Shown piece after piece: positions 50,798 to 63,164 of a stretch of 63,834 bases of DNA (its first letter is position 1; every line of letters begins with the position of its first letter). Source of the DNA: Klebsormidium nitens (taxonomy: Eukaryota; Plantae; Klebsormidiophyceae); contig DF237421.1 in NCBI GenBank assembly GCA_000708835.1, positions 9,297 to 73,130 on the forward strand. The letters are read 5' to 3'. The notes under the pieces are model-generated. The model made no database searches and had not been told where the DNA came from. It was given only the letters and a program-made list of their open reading frames with translations. A program made the translations under genes and the position numbers.

Positions 50798-53065
50798 CAA
50801 TTAAGTTGGCGAGATGGTAAAGCTGTAGACTCGGCTGACTGAAGCGCCACATTATAAGCAGGATTGAAAGACTTGCTTTCTGGTTAAAACATGGGCTACG
50901 AGATTTTGGCTGCCTGCTTTCATGTGATTTATCACAAACACTTGCTAGGAGGGCCTGTCTAGATGCACACCTTGACATTTATCTGCTGTGTTTGCTTGAC
51001 ACTGATAAGGCGTTAAAGTTTCTCGAGCGGAGAGACTTTGTATAGGGAAGCTGGGTAAGTGTAAGTAGAGTGACGCGAACTCGGGATATCCTGATTTGCT
51101 CTCCATATAGGTATTTTCAATCTCTTCGTTCTTTTGCGTTACCTGGATGAGAAGCCCGGCAGAGTCGAAACGATCAGACGCGATTGACCAGAGCCAAACG
51201 GATCCAAACCCCGCATAAGGTGCCCATGCGCTTGGAACCCCCGCCGACGAAGCCCGTAATGCATAAGACACTGGTGAGACTTCCAACTCAGGGCAGTAGG
51301 ATACGAGAGCTGAGATGAAAGACTGCCCGCTTATATTTGACACGTTTCAACATGTACCGTGCCTGATGCACGCTCGGAGGACCACCACCTTACCCTTTGT
51401 AAGCCGATGCATGATGGCATGCGTGCTTCTTTCCGTCAATTATCCTGTTTCGAAACTGGCATAATCTAATAATTTTATGTTACACAGGGTATACACGCAA
51501 CCGTGAAGACGTGGTGTCCTGCAAAGACTTTTGTTGGCCGCCCTCATAACATGGACTTACATGCACCACAGATCTGAATGTACAAAGCATTGCCATGTGC
51601 GCTGCGCTCCTCTGCAACCATGCAGAATTGTAAACTTATAAACTTATGTTTCCCTGACGCGCTCAAATCCGGAGATGTTAATCTGCCACCTTCATCAAAA
51701 CTTCGATGGTGCCTGGTGATCATATCACTTGATCGATGCCGCCCCGAGCGTGCAGGGCGGCAACTTCTAAGCGTCCGGCGATTATTGCATGCCCTGCGCT
51801 GGCCCGCCCACCCGGAGAACGGACTCATGTTGAGAAGAGGAAGATTTTAAATTGTCAACAAGGAACTCAAACCGTACCCCGCCTTGCCTATAGGAACTTC
51901 ATGCGATGCAGTGACTGCAATCATTGATTCGTACGTCAAGACAGTTCAAGTTCGTTGGCATGCAGCACGGAATGGAGGTCGCTTAGAAAGCACCTCGATC
52001 ACACGCAACGCATGTACTGCACAACTCCGAGCGCACTGAGCAGCGGCAGCGGGCCGGGCAAAACATATCCACAACATGGTTTCGCATTGCCCACACCTAT
52101 ACTATCGTTTTGGACGAGCTTCGAACAAGTGACTCACTGTCAGCGCGCATGTGGTCTGACATTGTCAATAGCATGCGGTATCGATTGCACAACAGACCCG
52201 GCGAACTCAATGGCAATGAGGATATTGTACCCATCAAGGACTCGACACATATGCCATATCTCGGTACGTGCCATTTCTGTAGTTTCCGAGTGCCAACATG
52301 CTCATGCGACTTAACAGTGCGTGTCGAATGCCCGTTTGTTGACTAAGATTTTAACAACGAGTCGAGTCCACCAAGGATAGCACCATCCGGATGATGGTGT
52401 GTTTGGCCAAACACGACGTGCTGACATTGTTCATCGGCTATCGCTCTTCTTACAAAAGTTAGAATCACTGAAGTGGAGGACTCAGGAATCGGACCTTGCC
52501 AACATTAAGAGTGCAAATCTACTGAAAGAATGGTTATGTGAAGCAGCATTCTAGCCTTGACCACTTCTTATTTTGCAGCCACTATAAGTGTAGCAGTCCA
52601 CAAGCTCGGTGTATATGCTCAGACAAGATATACCTAACGTACGGGCCACTCGTTGCCCAACTTGCTTTCAAACTTCCGCACTCGTCTCCATCAAAGACCA
52701 CTTTCTCAGGCCACCAGAGTAACAACCGCTATCGAACTCAGCACCGCACCCCCAATACCGCACTCGCCCAAATTTCCTTCAAACCTCCACGTTTACCTCC
52801 AACACTGGCCACTTTCTCCAAGCAGAGTAATAATTATTTACTTAGCTCGACACCGCACTCACACGTACATTTTAGCTTTTGGTTGGGAACTTTGCTATTG
52901 CGGCATAGTGTTTGCCAACCTCAGAATAAACGCCAATGCAACACATGGTATCTGTCCTGAACAGTGCGGCCCCCCCCTTAGATTGATGCTATATCAGGCT
53001 TTCCGAGCTATTAATGTTCCAGCTTTGCAACCCGGATGAGCATGCGCACCAATAAAGCCACTCCC

Positions 53066-56000
53066 TCAAACTGCAACCCTACGCGGCAGTACCGCTGTGG
53101 CTTCCATTTCCAATCCGTCCAAGTATGCATCAACGGCTCTTCGGAGCTCAGTATTATGGAGCTCGCCTTGCGATGCGTGCCACTGCGCTTTCAACTCCCG
53201 AATGTGAAAGTATTCTCTCCGGGCTTTTTGGAAGACGACATCGAGAACGTGTAGCAACTCCGCCTTCTCCATTTCTTCCCTAATGGTCCAGTACTTGGTT
53301 GGGTAAGGAAACCAATCGGGTATCTGAGAAGGGTAATGACGTCAGCCATTTTGTCAACTCGAGGTCCACCGAAAGGAAGCCTTCTGGCTAAAGGGCGTCC
53401 AAACAGTGATCTTTGCGTTCACAAGCGCTAGCTAAGAAGCCGTACCACGGTGATGTTAAAGCCCCCTATGAAGTGATTCAGAGAGCTTTCGAACAGGGCC
53501 AACGGTTAACGACGAGAGAGCATGAGCAGGTTCGAATGTCGTAATGAATAACACATTTGTTGCCAGCATTTGTTGCCAGGATCAGACACCGTAGCTTGGA
53601 TCACTCTACCAATGCCGCCAGTACAGTCTTCGTACAGCCTTTACGAGTGTGCTTTCCCTCGCTGCACGCCGCATAGTTGTGAGATTGTGTCCATCAGCAT
53701 CCGATTCCAATGACCCGCACAGTTGGCTTTTCCCGCACCCAGATAATAACCTGCCACAACTAGATTCTTTCCGTGATTTAGTTCCGCTCACCGTGCTTGG
53801 AGCCGGTAACCCTTGGGAGGACGTGATGCGGTTCATCCCCCTCACGAGCGCTTCGACGACGACCGCGAGGTCCGCCCGAAGCTTTGACGGCCCCTCGGAC
53901 AGTACTACGGACGGGGATGTGCTTTCGGACGGGGACGGAGAGCGGACAAGGCTTCGCAGGACGTTTGAGGCGTTTACTTTTCCGCCGTCGACTGGGGCAT
54001 CTTGCAATCGGCTGCTTGTGAAAAGAGGATTGCATAAGTAAGCATTGGTTCCGTAGCTCTTCAAAAACCCAAAAACCTGGCTCTTTTGAAGATCAGCTCG
54101 TAGAGACGTCGATGGAAAGAAGAGGTTACGTACTAGCAAGCTAGAAGTCTAAGGAGAGTCCGAATGAAGTCAGTCAGTCAAAGAAGCAGCAATTGCCTCA
54201 ACAAGCAACCGTACAGGTAGGATTCGAGTGGATTCAAACAGCGCTGGCAGTGTCGGATTCGAATGGCAGAGTCAAATGGGTCTGAAGGGGCACGGATTAT
54301 CCTCATGAAACAAAAAATCCTATCTTCCTTGGCTCGTTCCCTCCACTTGTACTTGATCCAAGCATAACGAGTGCAAACATCAAGCAATCCCTGACGATCC
54401 GACTCATTTCGGACACTTTTTGAGAGCAAGAACATCCCGATCAAACAAGGGTTGGAAATGTCACACGATCACCGAGCTTGAAATCTAGTCCTAGGGGGTT
54501 CGCCACCCTGGACGATTTTGGCGGATATATAGAGACCCCCGGTTCTCTGAGGACTGCGGTCCGGAACAAGAGAGCAAAAAAGATAATGGAACAAAAGAAG
54601 AACCGACCTTGAGATCGCAACCTCTAGGCCCTCGACTAGCGCCTCCGTCACGGGCGTGAGGCGCGGCGAGCACCACACGCGCCTCCCTCCGCTCCCGCCG
54701 AACAGCATCCATATGCACCCCTGCGCGCGTTCTGCCTGTGCCAGCTGTTGCAACGCCTCAGTCACGCGGTCGGCGCACTGCTCGACATCCGCCGCTCCTG
54801 ACTCGGTTTTGACGGCGCTTGGCCGTTCCGTCACACCAGGAAAAGCCTCAAATGCGCCGTTTTCGACGACTTCGGGCCACTTGGATTCATGAGCTCCTTC
54901 GACGGTTGCTCCTTCTATGCAAGGGGGGCGGTTGTAGAAACCCGGGACGGTGGAGGCGGCAGCGGGGGCCGAGTAGCTGCTCCAATCGGGCTCCGCAAAA
55001 ACGGCATCGGTGCGCGCCCGTTTGCGGCGCTCACCCAGTTCGACGTAGTCTCGCGTTGACAGAATGCTTGGAGACCATAGCGCACTTGCTAGTCCCTCTT
55101 TGCTCGAGAAAGTTGGAAGGTCGGCGGCCTCTGCAGATGTTTGCCGTGCTGGCAACGCCCTTAAGTCAAGACCCTTTGTTTCTTCTCCGGTCAATGGAAC
55201 ACAAAGCTTCTTCGTGGTACACTCCGGCACTGGTTGGAGGATCGGCAAGGGTCGGTGCACGTTGCTAGCTCGACTTACTTGAAGGGCAGGAAGCCCCGAC
55301 GCTTGACTTTGATTTCCGCATACACTGAGTCTTGGCGACACTTCCGGGCTTTCAAACTCCCTGCTCGCGTTCGCCAGACTTGCATTGCTCATCAAGACGC
55401 CCGTCTCACTTCTGCAAGCCTCGTCTAATAGAAAGTCGAAGTAGGCGTCAAAAACGGCGCGCGTTCCGACGCTGCAAGACCCCGCCTTGAAGTGCGACGC
55501 GAGCATGTGCCGGAGCTTCTCGATGCGCACAGCGTTGTTCCGTACTTGATCAAGAACGGCGTCGATGACGAGTGTCAAGTCCCTGATGTTGAGCTGTTGG
55601 GTGCGCTCAGCATACTTCTTGGGGCTGTGGGGCCACCACGTGGGGGTCTGCAAGGAGAGCCAAAGTGCTGAGCTGGGGGACTGCTATTAGACGGAAGTAC
55701 TAACTTCGATGGCAGTGTCGGCCTTTTGAAAGCAAGCTTGGACTGAGCAGGACACGAAAAAGAGTGAGAGACCATAGGCACATGAGCAACAATAGCAGAG
55801 ACAAAATCATGTCTCCAGGAATTCGAGAAATCAGACGGAAAATTGGAGGGAGGGAGTCCTTGAGGCGATCATTGAAGGGAACAAGACATGGGACGGACTC
55901 ACTGAAAACAAACAACAGATGCTCAAGAACACGAAATTTCTATCAAACGAAGCAGATTAGTCATGTCAGAGACCAAACAAGCAATTTGAAGGGGACAATG

Positions 56001-57835
56001 AAGTCCTCGAAGAGAATGCAATCCAAGCAGAGCCAACAAGGAAGGGAAATGGCCTTGCTATAAGATGGATAATCAGCCTAAAGGAATGACAAGGACAAAA
56101 ATAGCAGCTGCCTGCCTTACATCCTTTCTAGATAGCTAAGCAGGGTGATATTTCTGGCAGGCAGAAAGCAAAAGCACGAAATCTGAACTTAGACAGAAGA
56201 CCTTGACAGCTCTTGTTGATTGAAATTGTATCAGATCTGTGGAAAGAAGGCCGTGATAGTGGGGTGATTTTCAAAGATCTGCATTCAAGAATTGCTTCCA
56301 CTGAAACAAGCAAATCTAACAAGAAACTTTTCAGGACCATTCAAACAACCGCTCAACAAAGAGGATCGAAGTTGCTCTAGTGGCCTTACCGAGGAGCTGT
56401 CCTTAAGGGCGGTGCTTCGAGAGACCTTGTGGCCATTGAGTTTGTTCAGACTGTCTATCATGACAGCGACGATTGGATGGAGCTCAGCGTGCTTGGTTTT
56501 TGCAAGAGCTTCCTCTGCCCTCCTCAGAATGGAAATATTTCCTTCCTCCCAAACAACAATAGGGCTGCAAGAACATGCAAAGCACACAGTCAGGACTAGG
56601 TCATGTTGCCATGTCACAAGGCAGAGAAGCTGCAACAAAAGGCCTGGCTTAGGAGCCTTTGATCAGCCAGCGAAACATATAAGGGCTGTCTGGTATCGTG
56701 GAGGTAGTCATGAGGACTTCAAAGCTGCAAGAAAACAATGGCTTCAAGAACCTTGTCTGAAAGGAGTGACTAGAAGGTCAGGCCTGAAAGGATCTTGGAA
56801 AGCCCCGGATTTAGCAGAGAGAGAACTTCCAAGCGCTGCGTAAGTTCTCAGGCCAGTGCTCGTGTTTGCTTAAAGAGGAAGGATGCAGCTGATTGAAGCA
56901 GCAGCCTGTACCTCAGTCATTAAGGAGGGCTGTAACATTGTGAGCATTGATACAAATTAAGAAACACTTCGCAAAACTGCAGGACTTGGGACTCTGCATA
57001 ATGCAAAGCTGGCTCAGGGATCCCTCATTCGAGGAAAAACGAGCAACGAAACTGAGGCAGAAGTATCCTGTCTTCAGACTCGTTCACATTACAAAGATCA
57101 GGCTCCGACCAGCCCTTTCCATCCTGTGACCTTGCCAGATTGCGTACTGCATGGGAGCAAGTTGCCTGACACCAGCCAAGGATAATCTATCCCACAGAAT
57201 GTCTATTGGATGCAACAATATGTGATCTGCAGCGATTCATGATTGGAATGTTCCTGTTACAGGCAAGTGTGCTGCAAGCCAGCAATTCCAAGTTCTTTCC
57301 TGTCCCAAAATGACCCCAGAGAGTGGACAGAATTTGAAGTAGAGGAAGACCACTCTTCAACCCCATTGCACAAACCTCAACTTTGAACTTCACAATCCCA
57401 TTGACAAAGACCCAGCAATCCATGTCCTACAATTCCTGTCGTCCAGCATGATGCGCACTCTCTCAACAACAGGTGATAGGTACTTCTGGTCAGTCCTGCC
57501 AGCCCGGCACCTCCATGAGTAACTCAGTGTACTCCCAAGGATGGATCAGCTACTTCTTTTGCTTACAAGGCTTTTAGAGAGTTTATGCATTATAATCGGA
57601 AGATAATATCATGTGGAGCTGAAGCCCCTCTTTGCCAGACTCACTTTGCACGCGCTTTCTCAACTTCATCAACGAAGCCCCTCTCATGCGCCTTTAGATC
57701 AGGGGACACGCTCTTAAAGACATGGCCATCCCCAGCTACCACAAAGACGTACGTCTTTGCTCCAGACAATCTTGCGAGGGTCCTGATTGCATTCACCACT
57801 ACTTGGTGCTGCTCCTGGAGAGTGAGCTCCCCCAT
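53066..57835 (-). CDS. Paralogue B: putative DNA-binding protein with two tandem NRF1/EIN3-like modules, ~627 aa, 5 exons
   Basis: Exons (-): 57835-57645, 56564-56390, 55647-54608, 54011(or 54014)-53792, 53323-53066 (phases 2,0,2,0; 1884 nt). Module 1: VVNAIRTLARLSGAKTYVFVV / AELHPIVAVMI / TPTWWPHSPKKY. Module 2: VTEALQQLAQ..GCIWMLF / ADLAVVVEALV / IPDWFPYPTKY. Confidence 0.72.
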
Positions 57836-60800
57836 ATCACAAGGCTGATGCACGCCCTACTAAACTTCAAGCGGTATATGAAGAGTCAGGTGGAAACTCT
57901 CTGAAGAGTCAGGTGGAATCTTTCTGCTCGCTAGATGCGAAAACATAGGTCAAGTTGACTTTATGAGTTTGTATTTTGACAGAGAGGGGTTGGACCTCCA
58001 TTCCAGAACCGGACACTCAACCCTCAAATTGATAAGCTACATGAATGAGCTTCCTCCAAACTGTCACACAAGCTTATTTAGATATCACACAACCTGAACA
58101 GATTCCTACTGTTTCCTAAGCATTTTTCAGAAGCAACAAGCCTGGCAATCGAGCTTTCCACAGGAGAACGCAGAAGCCAACGCCTTCTTCCCACCAGCAG
58201 AGGAGGCAGCTTCCCTCTTTCTCTTTCGTCCAGTCCCTGCCCCTGCTTGCGACAGCTTCATGTCAACAGAGAAGCACTGCTCCAGAGTCAAAGGACCATT
58301 GCAGGGACCATTTTTGGTGCGCGCATGCATTTTCCAGATCTCCCGGTTGATTGTTTGACTGGCATGAGCGGCATTTGCGCCATGGGGAATCCCTGAAGCA
58401 GCCCTCCGAGTCCAGTGGCAGGGGACCCCCCGGCCGGGCTGAGAATCTGCTTGACACATGGCATGTTGTCATTTGCTTGCTTTTGACAGCACTCGCTCGC
58501 GGGTCGGAGTCGATACCTGGTCAAGTGAAAGCCTAGTCCGAAGGACTGTAGAGGACCGGGTTGCGTATAGTTGGTAACTGGAAGCTTAAGCAGCAACAAC
58601 AGCCGCTCTCAGAGCCCGGGAGATCAATCCTCTGCAGTAATTGGAGCAATAATGGGAACGCGACGCGGACTCACGCGAGGGATCCCGAAGCTCAAGGCTG
58701 CGACACGACAGCTTCTCGTCAGCAACTCATGAGGCACAGCTGCAGACTGCTAACAGTACTGTCAACATCGAGGATAAACGTCAGTGAGCCCCGCAGCTTC
58801 TTGAAAGGTGCAGTGCTTCCCGCTTGACAAACGCAGGATTGGTTCGTGACTTGTCAACTGGTGCAAGTACCGTATATAGCGAGCTGTCAATTTGAATCTG
58901 AAAAGCTGACTTCGTGTCCGAGCCGAGGACTATTACGAACATGCCATGCTTGGGAAGTTCTTCAAGGTGTCTTTGGGGAAGCCGCCAGGTAAGATCTTAT
59001 CTTCATGAACATGATTGCCTTGGGGACATCTAGCGAGCTAGCTGCGCCAATCGACTGAACACTTTGCGGCCGAAAAGCTGGATTGCAATCATTGGCTTAT
59101 ACAAGTTGTCATGCTAGGGTATGCAAATGTGAGAGCTTGCGAACATGGAGTTCCTCGCACGTACGTACCAATGGCTATTATGCAGCCAAACACAAAGCTT
59201 TACGTACGAGATCATACGCAATGGTTAAGCACACGTCGAGTTAGTGTGCGCAGCTTTGCCCCGCGGCCGACGGTGCTGGAATGATTGAATGGGCTCGTCA
59301 TCTGATCAGTGCGCATCATGCACACATATCGCGAGGCTACTGCATGATCGACAAAAAGTTCGCATGAGGATGCCAATATGTGAAGAGTCCAAATGTCAAT
59401 GAACAATGATAACGAGTCCGGTAAGTTCCACATTTAATGGAGGCTGTGCTTTGCATCGTTCTTTCTCACCACCGAGAGAATCCATATATAACTACTGCAT
59501 ATTGAATGCGCACTACTAGTAATTTCGAAACGCGGATCGACAAGTGAAATGCATTATCCGGAACGCATGTCACAACGAATTAAAGCTCGCCGGCCAACAG
59601 ATCAAGACAGAATCAAAATTGTCAGGCTTTGTTGGATTTCGAGTCCAAATCCTTGTATAAACCAAGCTGTACCCATGTTCTTGATAGCTTTTGCGAAGCA
59701 AGCACTTCAATGATATGCCCACTGGTTCGTTGTTCTTATTACGTCATGAGGTCCAGGCGGCATGACAGAAAATCCATTGATAGAAAAAGCAAGCCCCACG
59801 CCCGCAGTCACTCTTTCAGCCTTCTATGATATCCAAAAGGTTTGACCGAAGCAGACGAGTTAGAGACATGCAAAGGGTCTATCCTTATTGGTAAACCCAG
59901 AATTCCGGTCTACTTAGCGTGCTCTTCTAACTGTGAGTTTGCAGCCCTCGTATGCAATAATGGTCGGGTGGTAGGTTCAAAACAAAGCGAGTCGACTTCA
60001 ATTCGTTCCTTCGTGTGGAAATGTACAATGTCAGGATGTCAGCGGGATAACTTCTTGTATGGCCACAAACCTTTCTGCGTTTAGCACAGACGAGCGGCCG
60101 TTTCACAATCATATTTCTGACGCTAGCTGTACAAAAGGCCTGATCTGCGGAAATTGTTTCAAAAATTGTTTCGAAGAGGGACGTCACCCATCCTTGTCCA
60201 GCTCACGTTTGGCCTACGCTGGGCTGACGTGCGCTGACAGTGGGCTACACGTGGAAACCTCAGCTCGTAATGTACATGTATTTGCAACACACTCGGATCG
60301 ACAGTTCGACTACGAACGTCGAACGGCAAAACCTACAGATTACAAGTACGGCAATGAAGTTTTGTACAGTGTGCAGTCACAGGCATTTCGGGCACAAGCC
60401 CAAACCTAACTCGGTGTTGACACCTTCCTTCGATGAAGAGGCAATTCTGCAGACAGGCGTAAAGAGCAGGAAGATTGAGCAGGCAGCACCAAGCCAGCAG
60501 TTAACGGATCCCGTCAGGAGAACCGATATGCTCTCTGCACTAGCTCGTATTTCGGCTGCTCATTAATAAGGTGGTTTGTCCTTTTTGACACGTCCCGTCA
60601 CAGACGGGCGCCTCTCCATTCGAATCAAGTGCGACGCTGGAATACAATCTACCAAGAAAGGCGGGAAATTCTGTCGAAAAATTACGCGACATTTGTCCAG
60701 GATCCGCATGACCATCAGATCAAAACAGCCATGAAGCATTGCCTTTGTTCCATGCATACTAAGCAATCACCCCCCGGTCTCAAAGTCACACTTTCAAATC

Positions 60801-61351
60801 CGAGAACATGACTCTTTAATGGACATCGGAGGGCGAGAAATGATAATCGGCTTACAAATCGCAACTAGAAATGCGTGAGAAGTCTGCCCACGCACTCTCT
60901 AGGACCCGTATACGTACGTCAGCAAGGAAAGCGTCTCACCTTAAACGTACATCAGAAGACTGGCGGAAAAGAAACTCACCTCGTCACGAAGTGCTCAGAA
61001 ACATGCACGGTAGACGAGTGCTGCTCAGCCCCTCATTAAGCACTCCCCTCATTCCCGCTTCCCGCGCCAACGTGTCCTCTCTGGGTCCTTTCTATTTACA
61101 TCGCCCTCAAACGGACGCAACGCTAAGACCGACCGGGGCGAAACCTCAAAATCAACCGACCCTACCGACTCGCTGCCAGCCTTCTTAAGTGCCGGGGACA
61201 ATCTTCCCTTATCTCCTCCCTCCTCAATTATCCCAACCTTCGAAACCGCTTTGCTAGCGCTTCCCGGCTCGATCCCGGGAGCTTTGTCCCGGTCGGTTTC
61301 CTCTCCTGCAACACAGGCCCCGAGCGACCAGGGCAGGATGCCCCGTGCTGC

Positions 61352-63049
61352 CTATCCGCCCCGGGACATGACCTCCTTCGTAGCGTCCCGGCAGGTGTGG
61401 AAAAGCGCGCCGAGCGCCAGGGTGCTCTCCCGGACGACGGCCGGAATTCCGCTCTGCAGCCCAGCGACTAGGAGCTCCACGCCCCCGCTTTCTACAACGC
61501 GCAGCCCCGAGGTCTTTCCCCCCGCCAGGGCGTTCAGGACCATCATCACATAGCGTATGGTCCGATCCACGCTCTTATGGCCGGCGCCCGCGCTCTGGGC
61601 GGTCCGAAGGACGTCCAGCAACAGCGCGACGCCGTCGGGGCGGTGCCTTATGATAAGCGCGCGGCTCTCGGGGGCCCACGTGGAGACGTTGACAATCACC
61701 CCGACCAGGGGTGCGACTGTGGCCCAGGTTTCCACCCCCTCTTCCGGAACCGAGCCTAGGAGGATCCGAAGAAGGTGCAGAATGGAGTCAAGGCCTGTCG
61801 GAAAGTCCTGATGATCCTGCGTTCCGTTCGGCGGCTCCGTTGGCACTTTCGATCCGTCCACGCCGTCCGTTCCGCTGGCCAGCACCCTTTCCGTTCCGTC
61901 CAGCTGCGCCGCCGGATCCCCCTTTCCCCGGGCAGACCCCTCCTCCAACTTCACCCGCCGCAACCCCTGTCCCTCGCCCGACGCGCAAATACGCTTTGCC
62001 ATGCCCTCCGGCTTATGTCCGCTCCTCGTCAGCTGCCACAGGCACGCGACGAGCGGCTGCAGGCGGTCGCTCCGCTCGGATTCCGTCCTCAACAGCGGAA
62101 GCAGAACGTCGAGGGCCTCCACATCGACGGCCTCCCGGACGTTCTCGACGAGCCACGCAAGGGCCCGCAGAGCCCCCAATCGGACGCCCAATCTCGCGTC
62201 CATTTCCGCCAACAGAACGTCCGTATCAAGCGCCCGGATTTGCGCCGTCTCTGTCACGCCCAGATACACATTCCCAGCACCGTTGACGCTTCGTACGGCG
62301 CCCGCTTGATAGGCCCCGGGCGTTTTGGCCTCCGCTTCCCAGTTCCGCTTCGGTTCCGCTTCGGTTCTGCTGCCGGGTTGACCGGCGCCGACGGACGCGT
62401 CCGAATGGGCGTCCGGCGTGCTGACGAGGCGGAGAAGAAGCTCGACCACGTGCCTGCCGTGCGATCTGGTGGTGCCACGTGGCGGGCATCCGGCCAGCTG
62501 GAAGAAGACGCGCCGCGCGATGACGTGGATCTCGGGCAGAATGTCCTTGCTCACTTCTGGGGCCTGCAACAAAGAGAAAGACTGACTTCGGCTCGCGGCC
62601 TCAAATTTGCAAAGATGGGTCTGCAGTTCCTTTGAAGAGACAGCTTTTCAAGCCGTTCCCAATTTCTTGAGGCTCTTAGAAGCATCTCATTTTCGCCTGA
62701 GCGTTCGATGCCAGGCAGAATGACGAAAATACCGTTGACGAAACTTGGAAGCTTTCGCAAAATCGGTCCTACATACTGGCACGGTAATCTTTGGTTTCTA
62801 ATTCAACGGCTCCAGCATTGAGCGTCTACACCAACTTTTCAATATGGTCCTCACCTGTGCGTGAGCGAGCTTGACCAGGCTCTCAATGACGCCAGCACAG
62901 CTCAGCGCCTCAGCCGCCAACGTCGGGTCGGCCCCGCAGTAGCTCCCGAGCAAAACGGCCGCCGTCAGTTTCTGCTGTAGGCTGAGGCCGTCCGCGCACA
63001 GCGCTTGCACCAGCGCTTGGCGACCGCGTTTGGCGACGGTCTGGGACAC
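61352..63049 (-). CDS. 3' part of an Armadillo/HEAT-repeat protein; 5' exons are not resolved and probably lie beyond the window
   Basis: Exons (-): 63049-62855 and 62563-61352. ARM-like helices (AGVIESLVKLA; ALRALAWLV..DVLLPLL; VVESGGVELLVAGL; RESTLALGAL). The frame stays open for 100 codons past the TAG, to 61049. Confidence 0.7.
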
Positions 63050-63164
63050 CTGTCAAGAGAAAAGTCGCGGTTCTGAGCAAGCTGCACGCGTTAAAGGGCG
63101 TTCTCATCACGGTAAAATCCAAGATTCAAGACTTAGGGGGGGACGTTTGAGATTGAAGCCCCCG

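Noticed and set aside
49789-50850. 353-aa minus-strand ORF
   Set aside because: Antisense shadow of the GC-rich exon 3 of paralogue A.
61711-62635. 191-aa and 286-aa plus-strand ORFs
   Set aside because: Antisense shadows of the ARM-repeat exon.
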